The translations under genes were made by a program, and so were the position numbers. A stretch of 64,000 nucleotides of DNA from Zhongshania sp. (lineage in GTDB: Bacteria; Pseudomonadota; Gammaproteobacteria; Pseudomonadales; Spongiibacteraceae). A model generated the notes under the pieces. The model did not search any database, was not told the origin of the DNA, and worked only from the letters and a program-made list of their open reading frames with translations. Position 1 is the first letter of the stretch. Each line of letters opens with the position of its first letter. Shown one piece after another: positions 30,211-39,915 of the stretch. Location of the stretch: positions 1,231-65,230 of the forward strand of contig NZ_JBFHDY010000007.1 in the NCBI RefSeq assembly GCF_041584495.1. Direction: 5' to 3'.

Positions 30211-31092
30211 ATGCAGCAGTTAATTACCGAGCTTAAAAAGCAATATCCCCATTACCTCGCCTTGATGAGGGTGGCTCGACCCATAGGCACCTATCTGGTG
30301 CTTTGGCCAACATTGTGGGCCTTGTGGTTGGCGGCGGAAGGTGTGCCAGATTGGCATTTACTGCTCATTTTTATTTTAGGCACGTTTCTTATGCGTTCGG
30401 CGGGCTGTGTTATTAATGATTACGCAGACCGAAAAATTGACGCCCATGTCAGTCGCACCAAACTCCGGCCGTTTGCCCAAGGCCTAGTCAGTGAAAAAGA
30501 AGCGTTGATTCTGTTTGCCAGCTTGTGTCTGTTGGCCTTTGCGCTGGTGTTGTTCACTAATCAACTGACCTTATTCTTGTCTTTTGGCGCGGTGCTACTA
30601 GCGGCCACCTACCCCTTTATGAAGCGTTATACTCATTTACCCCAGTTGGCTTTGGGCGCTGCTTTTGCGTGGGGTATTCCTATGGCCTTTGCTGCGCAGA
30701 CCGCTTCGCTGCCGCCTGCGCTGTGGTTGATTTACATTGGGGTGCTGATCTGGACGGTGTGCTACGACACCTTTTACGCGATGGTAGACCGCGACGATGA
30801 CCTAAAAATTGGCGTTAAATCCACCGCAATACTGTTTGGTGATGACGATATTACGATCACCGCGATGCTCCAGGTGTGCGTGATTATTGTTATGCTCATG
30901 GTTGGCGTACGCTTTGGGATGAGCTTCATATATTACGCCAGTCTTATTGCTGCCAGTGGTCTGTTTATTTACCAACAACGCCTTATTCGCTACCGTCTGC
31001 CCGATGACTGTTTTAAGGCCTTTTTAAACAATAACTGGGTAGGCGCGGTTATTTTTGCCGGTATTGTACTGCACTTTATGTTGGCCGCTTGA
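30211..31092 (+). CDS. ubiA: 4-hydroxybenzoate polyprenyltransferase
   Basis: [35 protein letters not shown] and [22 protein letters not shown]. Confidence 0.97.
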   Translation: MQQLITELKKQYPHYLALMRVARPIGTYLVLWPTLWALWLAAEGVPDWHLLLIFILGTFLMRSAGCVINDYADRKIDAHVSRTKLRPFAQGLVSEKEALILFASLCLLAFALVLFTNQLTLFLSFGAVLLAATYPFMKRYTHLPQLALGAAFAWGIPMAFAAQTASLPPALWLIYIGVLIWTVCYDTFYAMVDRDDDLKIGVKSTAILFGDDDITITAMLQVCVIIVMLMVGVRFGMSFIYYASLIAASGLFIYQQRLIRYRLPDDCFKAFLNNNWVGAVIFAGIVLHFMLAA

Positions 31093-31102
31093 GATCGTAT
31101 TG

Positions 31103-32248
31103 ATGGTGGATTTAGAGTTTATTAGCGCCATTGCGGATCTCGGCATCGAGAGCTGGAATGCGATAGCGGGCGTTGAGTACCCCTTTACCCGCTATGAGTT
31201 TCTATCTGCGCTGGAAACCAGCGGCGCGGTGACGGCTGAAAAAGGTTGGCAGCCCCATCACATGGTCGCGCGGCGTGAGGATCGCGTTATTGGCGTGATG
31301 CCGATGTACATTAAAACCCATAGCTACGGCGAATACGTTTTCGACTGGTCTTGGGCCGATGCCTATCAGCGCCATGGGCGCTCTTACTACCCTAAATTAT
31401 TAGCGGCAATTCCCTTTACGCCAGCAACTGGTCCGCGTTTGTGTGTGAGTGACGAGGCCGATCGCGATGCCGTGATGACGGCCGTAGCGACTGTGCTACC
31501 TGCACATGTAAGAGCGCTTGGCGCGTCGTCGGCCCATATCTTGTTTACCAAGCCTGAAGTGTCGACGGCGTGGCAAGCGCAGGGTTTTCTGCAGCGGGTT
31601 GGTCCTCAGTACCATTGGTATGATCGAGATTACGGTGATTTTGATGGCTTTTTAGCCAGCTTTAGCTCTCGCAAGCGCAAGACCTTGCGCAAAGAGCGGC
31701 GGGTCGTGGCGGAGCAGGGTTTAGATTTGCACGTTGTAGTGGGCGATGAAATCAGCGCCGCGCAGTGGCGTTTCTTTTTCCACTGTTACCAATTAACGTA
31801 CGCCAAGCGCAGCGGTCACGGTGGTTATTTACCAGAGGTCTTCTTTGCCCAGCTAGCCGCGACCATGTCTGAAAATTTAGTGATGGTGGTGGCAAGTCAC
31901 GGCAATGAGCCGGTGGCGGTGGCACTGAACTTCCGCGATCAGCACACCCTCTATGGTCGTTACTGGGGGTGCGTGCGAGAGTATGAGTTTCTGCACTTTG
32001 AAACCTGTTATTACCAAGGGATTGAATATTGCTTGCGCGAAGGTTTACGCCATTTTGACCCTGGCGCGCAGGGCGAGCATAAAATTCAGCGTGGATTTAC
32101 GCCAATACTGACTTACTCAAATCACTTCTTAGCCGATGCAGATTTTTCTGAGGCGGTGGCGCGCTTTCTCAATGAGGAAAAGCAGCATATTGCCCAGTAT
32201 TTGCGCGAGGCCAGCGCCATGCTGCCGTTTCGGCGGGGCGACGAATAG
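31103..32248 (+). CDS. GNAT/FemAB-like protein (DUF482 family)
   Basis: KTHSYGEYVFDWSWA, YYPKLLAAIPFTPATG, LYGRYWG, LHFETCYYQGIEYC and GAQGEHKIQRGF. Confidence 0.92.
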   Translation: MVDLEFISAIADLGIESWNAIAGVEYPFTRYEFLSALETSGAVTAEKGWQPHHMVARREDRVIGVMPMYIKTHSYGEYVFDWSWADAYQRHGRSYYPKLLAAIPFTPATGPRLCVSDEADRDAVMTAVATVLPAHVRALGASSAHILFTKPEVSTAWQAQGFLQRVGPQYHWYDRDYGDFDGFLASFSSRKRKTLRKERRVVAEQGLDLHVVVGDEISAAQWRFFFHCYQLTYAKRSGHGGYLPEVFFAQLAATMSENLVMVVASHGNEPVAVALNFRDQHTLYGRYWGCVREYEFLHFETCYYQGIEYCLREGLRHFDPGAQGEHKIQRGFTPILTYSNHFLADADFSEAVARFLNEEKQHIAQYLREASAMLPFRRGDE

Positions 32249-32293
32249 GCCCCTGAATGCAATGTTTCAAGCGGTTCAGGGGCGGGGGTGGCG

Positions 32294-32677
32294 TTATTGC
32301 TGGGCGTTCTTTAGCACCCGCTCAACATAGAGCAAACACAGTATAGGCAGCACATAACTTGTGGCGATTTGGGTGAGCAGAACAATCTCTGAAAGTGACC
32401 ACTGGGCATCGCTGCTGATCCAATAGATGAAAATCGGCATGGCAACAAAAATTAAGGTTGGAAGATAACGCCACAAATAATAGGCCATGCTGGATGCCGC
32501 TTCACTATCGGCGCGGCGGTAACAGTAGAAGGTTATCAGCACCACTAAAAAGCCAATGACGAGCACGTAGTTATTGCCGAGCAGGTCGCCTAGTAAGTTG
32601 AGAATAGCGCCAAACACCATGCTTAGCAGACTGATGTTGACTAGTCCCCGCAAATTGCGCAATTTTTGCCGTTCCAT
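32294..32677 (-). CDS. Hypothetical four-TM membrane protein
   Basis: 127-aa ORF with four hydrophobic segments; fills the gap downstream of trhP on the same strand; plausible RBS (AGGA). Confidence 0.7.
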   Translation of the reverse strand: MERQKLRNLRGLVNISLLSMVFGAILNLLGDLLGNNYVLVIGFLVVLITFYCYRRADSEAASSMAYYLWRYLPTLIFVAMPIFIYWISSDAQWSLSEIVLLTQIATSYVLPILCLLYVERVLKNAQQ

Positions 32678-32726
32678 ATTGTGTCCTGTTATTTATTGTC
32701 AGTTTTCTACAGTGTAGCTTGCCACA

Positions 32727-34064
32727 TTAAGCGTTGATGTCTTTGACCAAGAGCCCGTATTTTAGTGCCGCTTCGGGCAGGGACTGATCTAGCGGGATTT
32801 GCACGCGGTGACCGGAACCGGGCGCGGCATTAATAACCTTGCCATGCTTGTCGCTAAGGGTTTTCAGTTGGAAGCGAGTATTGCCACCAGGCAGCATTAA
32901 CTCCAGGGTATCTCCGGTTACAAAGCGGTTTTTTACATCGACGGTGATAACCGAATCGCGGGCATCGACGACTTCACCAACAAACTGCTGCTGTTGGGCA
33001 TTATTGAGCCCCATTTCGTAGTTCTGGTATTCCTTTGGCGGGTGGCGACGGTAAAAGCCTTCGGTATAACCCCGATTGGCGAGGGTGTCGAGCTCATCCA
33101 TTAACTGCATGTCAAAGGGCTTGCCGTGGGCGGCATCATCTATGGCGCGGCGGTAGACTTGGGCGGTGCGCGCTACGTAATAATGGGATTTGGTGCGGCC
33201 TTCAATTTTTAACGAGTGCACACCCATCGCGGCAAGGCGCTCGACGTGCTGCACCGCCCGTAAATCTTTGGAGTTCATTATATAGGTGCCGTGTTCGTCT
33301 TCGTAGGCAGGCATGAACTCGCCGGGGCGCTGAGCCTGCTGTAGTAAGACAGGCTCAGTGACAATGGCGGGCTGCGGTTCTGGCACATAGGTTTGTACTG
33401 GTGCGGGTTTATTTACCGCAACAATGTCGCCGGTTTCATCTTCTTTGGCTTCGTGAGCCTGATATTTCCAGCGGCAGGCATTGGTGCAGGCGCCTTGATT
33501 GGGGTCGCGGTGGTTCATATAGCCAGACAGCAGGCAGCGGCCGGAATAGGCAATACACAGGGCGCCGTGCACAAAGACTTCAATTTCCATCTCAGGCACA
33601 CGCTGGCGAATTTCTTCAATTTCGTCAAGAGCCAGCTCGCGAGACAGAATGACTCGTTGAATGCCGTTTTGATGCCAGAATTTTACGGCAGCCCAGTTCA
33701 CTGCATTGGCCTGCACGGACAGGTGAATAACTTGCTCGGGCCATTTTTCGCGCACCAACATCATGAGGCCGGGGTCGGCCATAATCAGGGCGTCGGGCCC
33801 CATCTCAATTACCGGTTCTAAATCCCGCAAATAACTGCGTATTTTGTCGTTGTGTGGGGAAATATTCGAGGCCAGGTAGAATTTTTTGCCCTGGCCATGG
33901 GCCTCTTCCATACCGGCGCGCAGGGTATCGAGATCTTTAAATTCATTATTGCGGACGCGCAGGCTGTAGCGGGGTTGTCCGGCGTAGACAGCATCTGCAC
34001 CATAAGCAAAGGCGTAGCGCATATTGCGGAGGCTGCCGGCGGGGGACAGGAGTTCAGGGATCAT
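32727..34064 (-). CDS. trhP: tRNA 5-hydroxyuridine modification protein (peptidase U32 family, YegQ)
   Basis: PELLSPAGS, YGADAVYAGQPRYSLRVRNNEF, HGALCIAYSGRCLLS, CTNACRW and SLKIEGRTKS. Confidence 0.95.
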   Translation of the reverse strand: MIPELLSPAGSLRNMRYAFAYGADAVYAGQPRYSLRVRNNEFKDLDTLRAGMEEAHGQGKKFYLASNISPHNDKIRSYLRDLEPVIEMGPDALIMADPGLMMLVREKWPEQVIHLSVQANAVNWAAVKFWHQNGIQRVILSRELALDEIEEIRQRVPEMEIEVFVHGALCIAYSGRCLLSGYMNHRDPNQGACTNACRWKYQAHEAKEDETGDIVAVNKPAPVQTYVPEPQPAIVTEPVLLQQAQRPGEFMPAYEDEHGTYIMNSKDLRAVQHVERLAAMGVHSLKIEGRTKSHYYVARTAQVYRRAIDDAAHGKPFDMQLMDELDTLANRGYTEGFYRRHPPKEYQNYEMGLNNAQQQQFVGEVVDARDSVITVDVKNRFVTGDTLELMLPGGNTRFQLKTLSDKHGKVINAAPGSGHRVQIPLDQSLPEAALKYGLLVKDINA

Positions 34065-34203
34065 GGGCTAGGCTGCCTTGGGGTAAAGAGTGGATACAAG
34101 AGGTGTATGGTATCGCAAAGTACTGTTTTCTGCGCTATTGGTGAAAGTGGCCGCCGGGGATACACTCGGTGCTCAGCAGCGAGGTATTGAGTTGTGACGG
34201 GAT

Positions 34204-35496
34204 GTGAGCGTGCAAAAGCATAGTTATTGGCAGGGCCTAGCGCTCTTCGCCAGCATTTTGCCATTTGCCTGCGATGCGACTGAGGCAAATGGCCACTATT
34301 ATTTAAAAGCGGGTCTGGGCGGGTCTTGGCCGTCCGGTACGGCTGAGGCTTATGCCAATGGTGTTAGTGACTCGTCTTCTGTGTTGTTTCCGGCATCGCG
34401 CAATCCCAATAATTACCCGCTAGATCAAACCAGAGGGGACAACTACCACATTGCGGCGGGACTGAGCTTTGCCGATGACTGGCGGCTAGAAACCGGGTAT
34501 TTATCTGAGCGCCGCCGCCTCCGTGGCGGCTCTGCGGCGGAGTCTATAAATGTGGAGCTTGCCCAACACGCATTGAGCGTGTCGCTCTGGCGTGACTTTT
34601 CGCTGATGACCCCAGGGTTTCACCCCTATCTGGGTGCCGGGCTGGGTGGTTTACAGCGCCGGCTTGCGGGGGCGTCTCACCAGCAGTGGACGCTATTTAC
34701 CGGTGCAGGTGTTGGCCTAGCTTTGACGCCGCAGTGGCAGCTTGATATGTCGTATCAGTATGCGATTGGCGAAGATGCGCAACTGAAAACTGCCGAAACT
34801 AGGTTTACTATTCCGCAAGGGGGTGGGCGCTGGCAGGTGGGGCTGCGCTATCACTTTACGCTTACGACAGAGCCCTTGATCACGGATAGCGATGGCGACG
34901 GGATTGCGGACGAGGATGATCGTTGTCCCGAAACGCTGTGGCGTGCGGTTGTTGATATTTATGGCTGCGCCGACAGCGATGGTGATGGGATCATTGATTC
35001 ACTTGATCGCTGCCCTAATACTCCAGCAGAGAATGAAGTCGATAGTAATGGTTGTATGGATAGCGACAACGATGGCGTCAAAAACAGTGCAGATCAATGC
35101 CCCAATAGTATTCTCGGTGAGCGAGTATTGCGTAATGGCTGTGCGGCGCGACAGAGCGTTGGCTTGGAAAGTATCCGCTTTGCGCTCGGTGGAACGGAAC
35201 TAAATGCCGATGCGAAAGTCCGTCTAAGCGAGGTAAGCGCAGTGATGTTAGCCTCACCACAATATCGATTAGCGGTTCAAGGCCACAGTGATGATAGCGG
35301 CGATGCTGACGCTAATTATCGTTTGTCCCGGGCGCGAGCGCGGGCAGTGGGAAAGGCGCTAGTTGGTCTGGGTGTGGCCGCCGAGCGTATTGAAATTCAA
35401 GCATTTGGCGATAATATGCCGGTAGCAGATAACAGCACTAGTGAGGGCCGGGCGCTGAATAGGCGGGTTTCTTTAAAGGTGATACGCCCTAAATAA
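34204..35496 (+). CDS. OmpA-family outer membrane protein (beta-barrel + 3 TSP3 Ca-binding repeats + OmpA C-domain), paralog 1
   Basis: Signal peptide; barrel strands PYLGAGLG and VGLRYHF; DSDGDG..D..D.CP repeated three times; QGHSD...NYRLSRARA...NRRV. Confidence 0.88.
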   Translation: MSVQKHSYWQGLALFASILPFACDATEANGHYYLKAGLGGSWPSGTAEAYANGVSDSSSVLFPASRNPNNYPLDQTRGDNYHIAAGLSFADDWRLETGYLSERRRLRGGSAAESINVELAQHALSVSLWRDFSLMTPGFHPYLGAGLGGLQRRLAGASHQQWTLFTGAGVGLALTPQWQLDMSYQYAIGEDAQLKTAETRFTIPQGGGRWQVGLRYHFTLTTEPLITDSDGDGIADEDDRCPETLWRAVVDIYGCADSDGDGIIDSLDRCPNTPAENEVDSNGCMDSDNDGVKNSADQCPNSILGERVLRNGCAARQSVGLESIRFALGGTELNADAKVRLSEVSAVMLASPQYRLAVQGHSDDSGDADANYRLSRARARAVGKALVGLGVAAERIEIQAFGDNMPVADNSTSEGRALNRRVSLKVIRPK

Positions 35497-35703
35497 GTAA
35501 ATGTGGTTCGCCTTTAAATGGCAATGCTTTACGGCGGTGCTTTGCCGGTTTAGCATGCGGGTTTGCATATTCGTTAATTGTGCACGCATTTTTAATGATA
35601 ATTTGCACTACTATGGACTAGTATTGCGCAAGTGAAAATGACCTCCGCGTTGAAACTGCTCAGTTTTGATGGGAGGTATAACTTTAATGATCAGGGGATG
35701 TTT

Positions 35704-37272
35704 ATGAGTAAGCAATGGAAATCTGCTCTGGCTGCGGGTGTGATATTGGCATCAGCAACCGGCGCGGCAATGGCTGAGGAGCAGGAAACTGGCTTCTATA
35801 TTGGCGGTAATGCTTTTTATAACGAAGTATTTGACGCTGATGGTACCGCGACGACGACAACTGCGGGCGGCTTTGCCGCTATTCCGCTGCTTGGCGATGT
35901 ACTCAACGGATTGTTGGGTGGCTCTGCGAGTAGTTCTGCAAATATAGAAACTAGCTATGACAAAGATACCAGCTACGGTTTTAGCATTGGTTATAAATTT
36001 GCTAGCCCAGTGCGTATTGAATTTGAATACCGTCAGGGCGAGAACGACGTTGATAAAATTTCAAGTGGCGGTGTGTCAACCGCTGGCGACAGCAGCCTTG
36101 AAGTAACGTCGATGATGGGTAATGTGTGGTATGACTTCGCCGCGGGCGAACGTCTGCGTCCTTACATCGGTTTTGGTTTAGGTATGGCTAACCTCGACAT
36201 GGGCGATGCCGATGACGACGTTACCATTGGCCAATTGGGTGCTGGTATCACTTACTTCCTGACCCCGCGTTTGGCGCTTGATGCAGGCTATCGCTATAGT
36301 GTTACAGAAGATGCGACCTTTAAATCAGCGGCAATTGAGCAAGAGAATGAATACAGCGCGCAAAGCGTGCAACTCGGCTTGCGCTATAACTTCTTTGAGG
36401 CCCAGTACGGCGTAAAAGACAGTGATGGCGACGGCGTTTCTGATGAAACTGATGAGTGCCCAGGCACCCCGCGCGGTGTTCAAGTAGACAGCGTTGGCTG
36501 TCCGCTCGACGGCGATAACGACGGTGTTGCTGACTATCTCGACCAGTGCCCCAATACCCCAGCTGGCGCTAAAGTTAATGCCAGTGGTTGTCCTTTAGAC
36601 AGTGACAACGATGGTGTAGTTGATGCCGATGATGCATGCCCTGATACCCCGGCTGGTCAAGCGGTTATGTCTAATGGCTGTGCTAAAGACCAAGCGGTTA
36701 TTCTGCGCGGTGTAAACTTTGAGCTAAACAGTGCTCAGTTAACCATGAATGCGGAAACCATTCTTAACGGTGTTGCTGAAACGCTGGTGAGTTCACCTAG
36801 TTTCGATGTTGAGCTACAAGGCCACACTGATAGCACTGGTAGTGACAGCTATAATATGAACCTGTCGCAAAACCGTGCTAAGTCTGTAAAAAGCTACTTG
36901 GTTAGTAGGGGTGTTGAAGCGAATCGTTTAACTGCTCGCGGCTACGGCGAAGAGCAGCCTATTGTCAGCAACGACACTAAAGATGGCCGTGCGCAAAACC
37001 GTCGTGTAGAGCTGAAGGTTATTGGCGATGGTTCTAGTGATTCAGTAGAGCCAATGCTGTATGACGAGCCAATGGTTGCAGAGCCTGCAGTCGAAGAGCC
37101 GATGATGGACGAGCCCATGATTGAAGAAGAGCCGATGATGGACGAGCCAATGGTTGAAGAAGAGCCGATGATGGACGAGCCGATGATGGAAGAAGCCCCT
37201 GCAGAAGCTGAGCCATCAGTAGAAGACGAGTACGAGTACGAGTACGATCCTTCTGATGAAACTGACTACTAA
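35704..37272 (+). CDS. OmpA/OprF-like outer membrane protein (barrel + 3 TSP3 repeats + OmpA C-domain + acidic Met-rich tail), paralog 2
   Basis: Signal peptide MSKQWKSALAAGVILASATGAAMA; PYIGFGLG and LGLRYNF; three DxDxDG..D..D.CP repeats; GHTDSTG...NMNLSQNRA...NRRVE; ~80-aa E/D/P/M tail. Confidence 0.92.
   Translation: MSKQWKSALAAGVILASATGAAMAEEQETGFYIGGNAFYNEVFDADGTATTTTAGGFAAIPLLGDVLNGLLGGSASSSANIETSYDKDTSYGFSIGYKFASPVRIEFEYRQGENDVDKISSGGVSTAGDSSLEVTSMMGNVWYDFAAGERLRPYIGFGLGMANLDMGDADDDVTIGQLGAGITYFLTPRLALDAGYRYSVTEDATFKSAAIEQENEYSAQSVQLGLRYNFFEAQYGVKDSDGDGVSDETDECPGTPRGVQVDSVGCPLDGDNDGVADYLDQCPNTPAGAKVNASGCPLDSDNDGVVDADDACPDTPAGQAVMSNGCAKDQAVILRGVNFELNSAQLTMNAETILNGVAETLVSSPSFDVELQGHTDSTGSDSYNMNLSQNRAKSVKSYLVSRGVEANRLTARGYGEEQPIVSNDTKDGRAQNRRVELKVIGDGSSDSVEPMLYDEPMVAEPAVEEPMMDEPMIEEEPMMDEPMVEEEPMMDEPMMEEAPAEAEPSVEDEYEYEYDPSDETDY
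37093..37191 (+). repeat. Three tandem 33-bp coding repeats, EEPMMDEPM(I/V/M)E
   Basis: Units GAAGAGCCGATGATGGACGAGCCNATGRTKGAA at 37093, 37126 and 37159. Confidence 0.95.
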
Positions 37273-37298
37273 GTGCATTGTTTGTGATTAATAGCTCA

Positions 37299-37332
37299 TA
37301 AAAAAGCCCGGCCACTGCGCCGGGTTTTTTTA
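37299..37332. terminator. Bidirectional intrinsic terminator
   Basis: AAAAAAG-CCCGG-ccactgcg-CCGGG-TTTTTTT between the convergent ompA paralog 2 and DUF938 genes. Confidence 0.85.
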
Positions 37333-37349
37333 TGTCTTTAATACGCCTA

Positions 37350-37955
37350 TTAGTTGCCTTGCGAGCGCCAAATTAACAGGCGATTATTGGCGGGCATAGT
37401 ATGATCTGCGAACAAGTGTAAGCCAATTTTCTCGGCCAAGGCATTAATAGCCTCAAAGTCCCGGATGCCACTCTGAGGATTGCGCTGTTTTAGCCATTGA
37501 TCAAAACTTGCGTTGCTGGCGGCGGTGTATTTTCCCTGATAGTTAAACGGGCCATAAATACAGAGCAGGCCGTCGTCTCTGAGGCTTTTGGGTAAATGGC
37601 TAAAAAACAATTCCACTTCGTGCCAGCTCATAATATGTAGGGTATTGGCCGAATAAATACCATCAAAAGCAGGCTGTGGCCAATCTACGTCTCTGGCGTC
37701 TAGCGCGACTGGGGGGGCTAAATTGGGGAGCTTGGCGTCGTCGATCCAGGCTTGAATACCCTTTAAATTTTCACGCCGATCACTGCACTGCCAATGAAGC
37801 TCGGGCAAATTAGTGGCAAAATGCACCGCGTGCTGGCCTGTGCCGCTGCCAACTTCCAATACCCGTTGCCCGGCGGTAAATAGTGGGGCAAGGATCTCTA
37901 AAATAAACGGCTGATTGTTTTCACAAGCCTGTGAAAAGGGTTTGGCTTGATTCAT
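37350..37955 (-). CDS. DUF938 family SAM-dependent methyltransferase
   Basis: KPFSQACENNQPFIL, VLEVGSGTGQHA, ANTLHIMSW, YGPFNYQG and MPANN. Confidence 0.93.
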   Translation of the reverse strand: MNQAKPFSQACENNQPFILEILAPLFTAGQRVLEVGSGTGQHAVHFATNLPELHWQCSDRRENLKGIQAWIDDAKLPNLAPPVALDARDVDWPQPAFDGIYSANTLHIMSWHEVELFFSHLPKSLRDDGLLCIYGPFNYQGKYTAASNASFDQWLKQRNPQSGIRDFEAINALAEKIGLHLFADHTMPANNRLLIWRSQGN

Positions 37956-38056
37956 GGTTAAATCCCTTTGAATTATGCTTAATTCATTCCTTGGCGAAGG
38001 TTGATAGCCTATCCTCGGTTGTCGCCAAGTGTAACGGCTTTTTCAGGAGTACAACA

Positions 38057-38515
38057 ATGGCTTACTGGCTGATGAAATCTGAGCCTGATACGTTTAGTCT
38101 CGATGATCTTCGCAAGCGGCCAAAGGGCACTGAACATTGGGACGGGGTCAGAAACTATCAGGCTCGCAATATGATGCGCGACCAAATGAAAGTGGGTGAC
38201 AAAGTGTTTTTTTATCACTCCTCTTGCCCGCAACCGGGTATTGCAGGTATTGCCGAAGTGGTGCGCGAGGCATACCCCGACAGCAGTGCACAAAACCCAG
38301 AGTCTCGCTATTTTGACCCCAAGGCCAGCCCAGAAAACCCGCGCTGGTATATGGTAGATGTGCGCTTTGAGCGAAAATTTAAGCGCCTGATTTCGCTGGC
38401 GGAGCTGAAAGCTGAACCCGCGCTGGGGGAAATGACACTCGTCCAAAAAGGCAGTCGCTTGTCGATTATGCCCGTTACTCCAGAGGAGTGGCGGCAGATT
38501 TTAGCGATGGAATAA
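38057..38515 (+). CDS. EVE domain protein (THYN1-like)
   Basis: YWLMKSEP, WDGVRNYQARN, FFYHSSC and SRLSIMPV; AGGAG RBS before the ATG at 38057. Confidence 0.95.
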   Translation: MAYWLMKSEPDTFSLDDLRKRPKGTEHWDGVRNYQARNMMRDQMKVGDKVFFYHSSCPQPGIAGIAEVVREAYPDSSAQNPESRYFDPKASPENPRWYMVDVRFERKFKRLISLAELKAEPALGEMTLVQKGSRLSIMPVTPEEWRQILAME

Positions 38516-38522
38516 AGTCTGC

Positions 38523-39299
38523 TTACTCTTGGCTGTCTCTAAGAAAAACCCATTCTCTGGCAGTAGATTGTTCCGGACAAAAATAATAACCATCGCTATT
38601 GAATTGCTTAAGGTCATCGACATGTTTAATACGGCTTTTAATTACATAGCAGGCCATTAAGCCCCGGGCTTTTTTGGCGTAAAAGCTAATAATTTTGTAT
38701 TTGCCGTTTTTAAAGTCTTTGAACGTTGGAGTAATAATGTCAGCAGCCAGCGCCTTGGGTTTGATGGCACTAAAGTATTCGTTGGACGCGAGATTCACCA
38801 AAACCTGTGATTTAATCTCGGCGAGTTGGTGATTCACCGCCTCGGTAATTGTGGTATCCCAAAATTGATAGAGGTTTTTGCCTGCCTTATTTTCAAATTT
38901 GGTGCCCATTTCGAGCCGGTAGGGCTGGATCAAATCAAGTGGGCGCAGTAGGCCGTAGAGGCCAGAGAGTATGCGCAAATGTTGCTGGGCAAAGGTGAAA
39001 TCGCTGGCGCTGAAACTGTCGGCATCAAGGCCAGTGTAAACATCTCCGCGAAAGGCGAGTACCGCCGCCTTGGCATTGTCGGGGCTAAAAGGCAGTTGCC
39101 AGTTCATAAAACGCTGGTGATTGAGCTCCCCCAGCTTGGGGCTAATTTTCATTAAGCCGGAGATGTCTTCAGGATTGAGCGCTTGTAATTGCTCAATTAA
39201 AACCTGCGAGCGGTCGAGGAAGTCGGCTTGGCTAAACTTTTTTGTGTGCGCCGGGTTTTCAAAGTCCAAGGTTTTGGCTGGGGAAATTAGCAGTAACAT
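38523..39299 (-). CDS. yaaA: Peroxide stress protein YaaA
   Basis: [52 protein letters not shown] and [10 protein letters not shown]. Confidence 0.96.
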   Translation of the reverse strand: MLLLISPAKTLDFENPAHTKKFSQADFLDRSQVLIEQLQALNPEDISGLMKISPKLGELNHQRFMNWQLPFSPDNAKAAVLAFRGDVYTGLDADSFSASDFTFAQQHLRILSGLYGLLRPLDLIQPYRLEMGTKFENKAGKNLYQFWDTTITEAVNHQLAEIKSQVLVNLASNEYFSAIKPKALAADIITPTFKDFKNGKYKIISFYAKKARGLMACYVIKSRIKHVDDLKQFNSDGYYFCPEQSTAREWVFLRDSQE

Positions 39300-39321
39300 G
39301 GGGAGTCCTGTGACGATTGAT

Positions 39322-39825
39322 TCAAACCTGCAGTAACGCCTGCCACCAATTGAGCGGGTCGCCGGTCTCGGGGTCGTAGACATTGCCGTAAACCCACTTA
39401 GCGTGATCGCTATTGGCCCATTGATTGAGTAAGGCTTCAATACTGCTAAAGCCGACGCCAAAATGGATGCTGTAGACCATCGCACGTTCAGTTTTAATGT
39501 CCAAGCTGCCGCCGAGTTTTTCTAATTCGGCAGTGAGTTGAACCTCCAAGTTTTCATTGGGCTGACGCAAAAACACGCGCACGCAGAGATTGCCGCTGTG
39601 CTCGAGCAGCGTAAAGCGGCCACGGGCATCCTCGTTTATCTTTATGCTATCTAATGCGGCAAGCCCGCGAACAAAGAGAGGGGACTTGAGCAGCCGGTAT
39701 TCGCTTACGTTGGCGAGCGGCGTGGCGAGCACCTTTTCGAAAATGGGCTGATTATTTGTTGGATGGATACCGGCAAATAACTCTAATAAGGTCTCTTGGT
39801 CGGCGAAGGGGGCCTGATCTGTCAT
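39322..39825 (-). CDS. DUF4265-like hypothetical protein
   Basis: [23 protein letters not shown] and a C-terminal [18 protein letters not shown] motif. Confidence 0.7.
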   Translation of the reverse strand: MTDQAPFADQETLLELFAGIHPTNNQPIFEKVLATPLANVSEYRLLKSPLFVRGLAALDSIKINEDARGRFTLLEHSGNLCVRVFLRQPNENLEVQLTAELEKLGGSLDIKTERAMVYSIHFGVGFSSIEALLNQWANSDHAKWVYGNVYDPETGDPLNWWQALLQV

Positions 39826-39915
39826 AACACTCTTGAATTCACATAAGCATGGGGGAGCAATGATACCGATTTAACGCGCTTAGATCACGGTCTCACTGGC
39901 CGCCCCGCGACCGTC

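Noticed and set aside
37931-38056. ORF-track extension of the EVE gene (also the extensions of yaaA to 39485 and spoT to 63617)
   Set aside because: They overlap neighbouring genes; family N-termini and RBS positions indicate the later starts.
37350-38515. DUF938 methyltransferase + EVE as a restriction or defence module
   Set aside because: Both are widespread stand-alone genes, they are divergent, and no nuclease or DNA-methyltransferase motifs (e.g. DPPY/NPPY, PC) are present.
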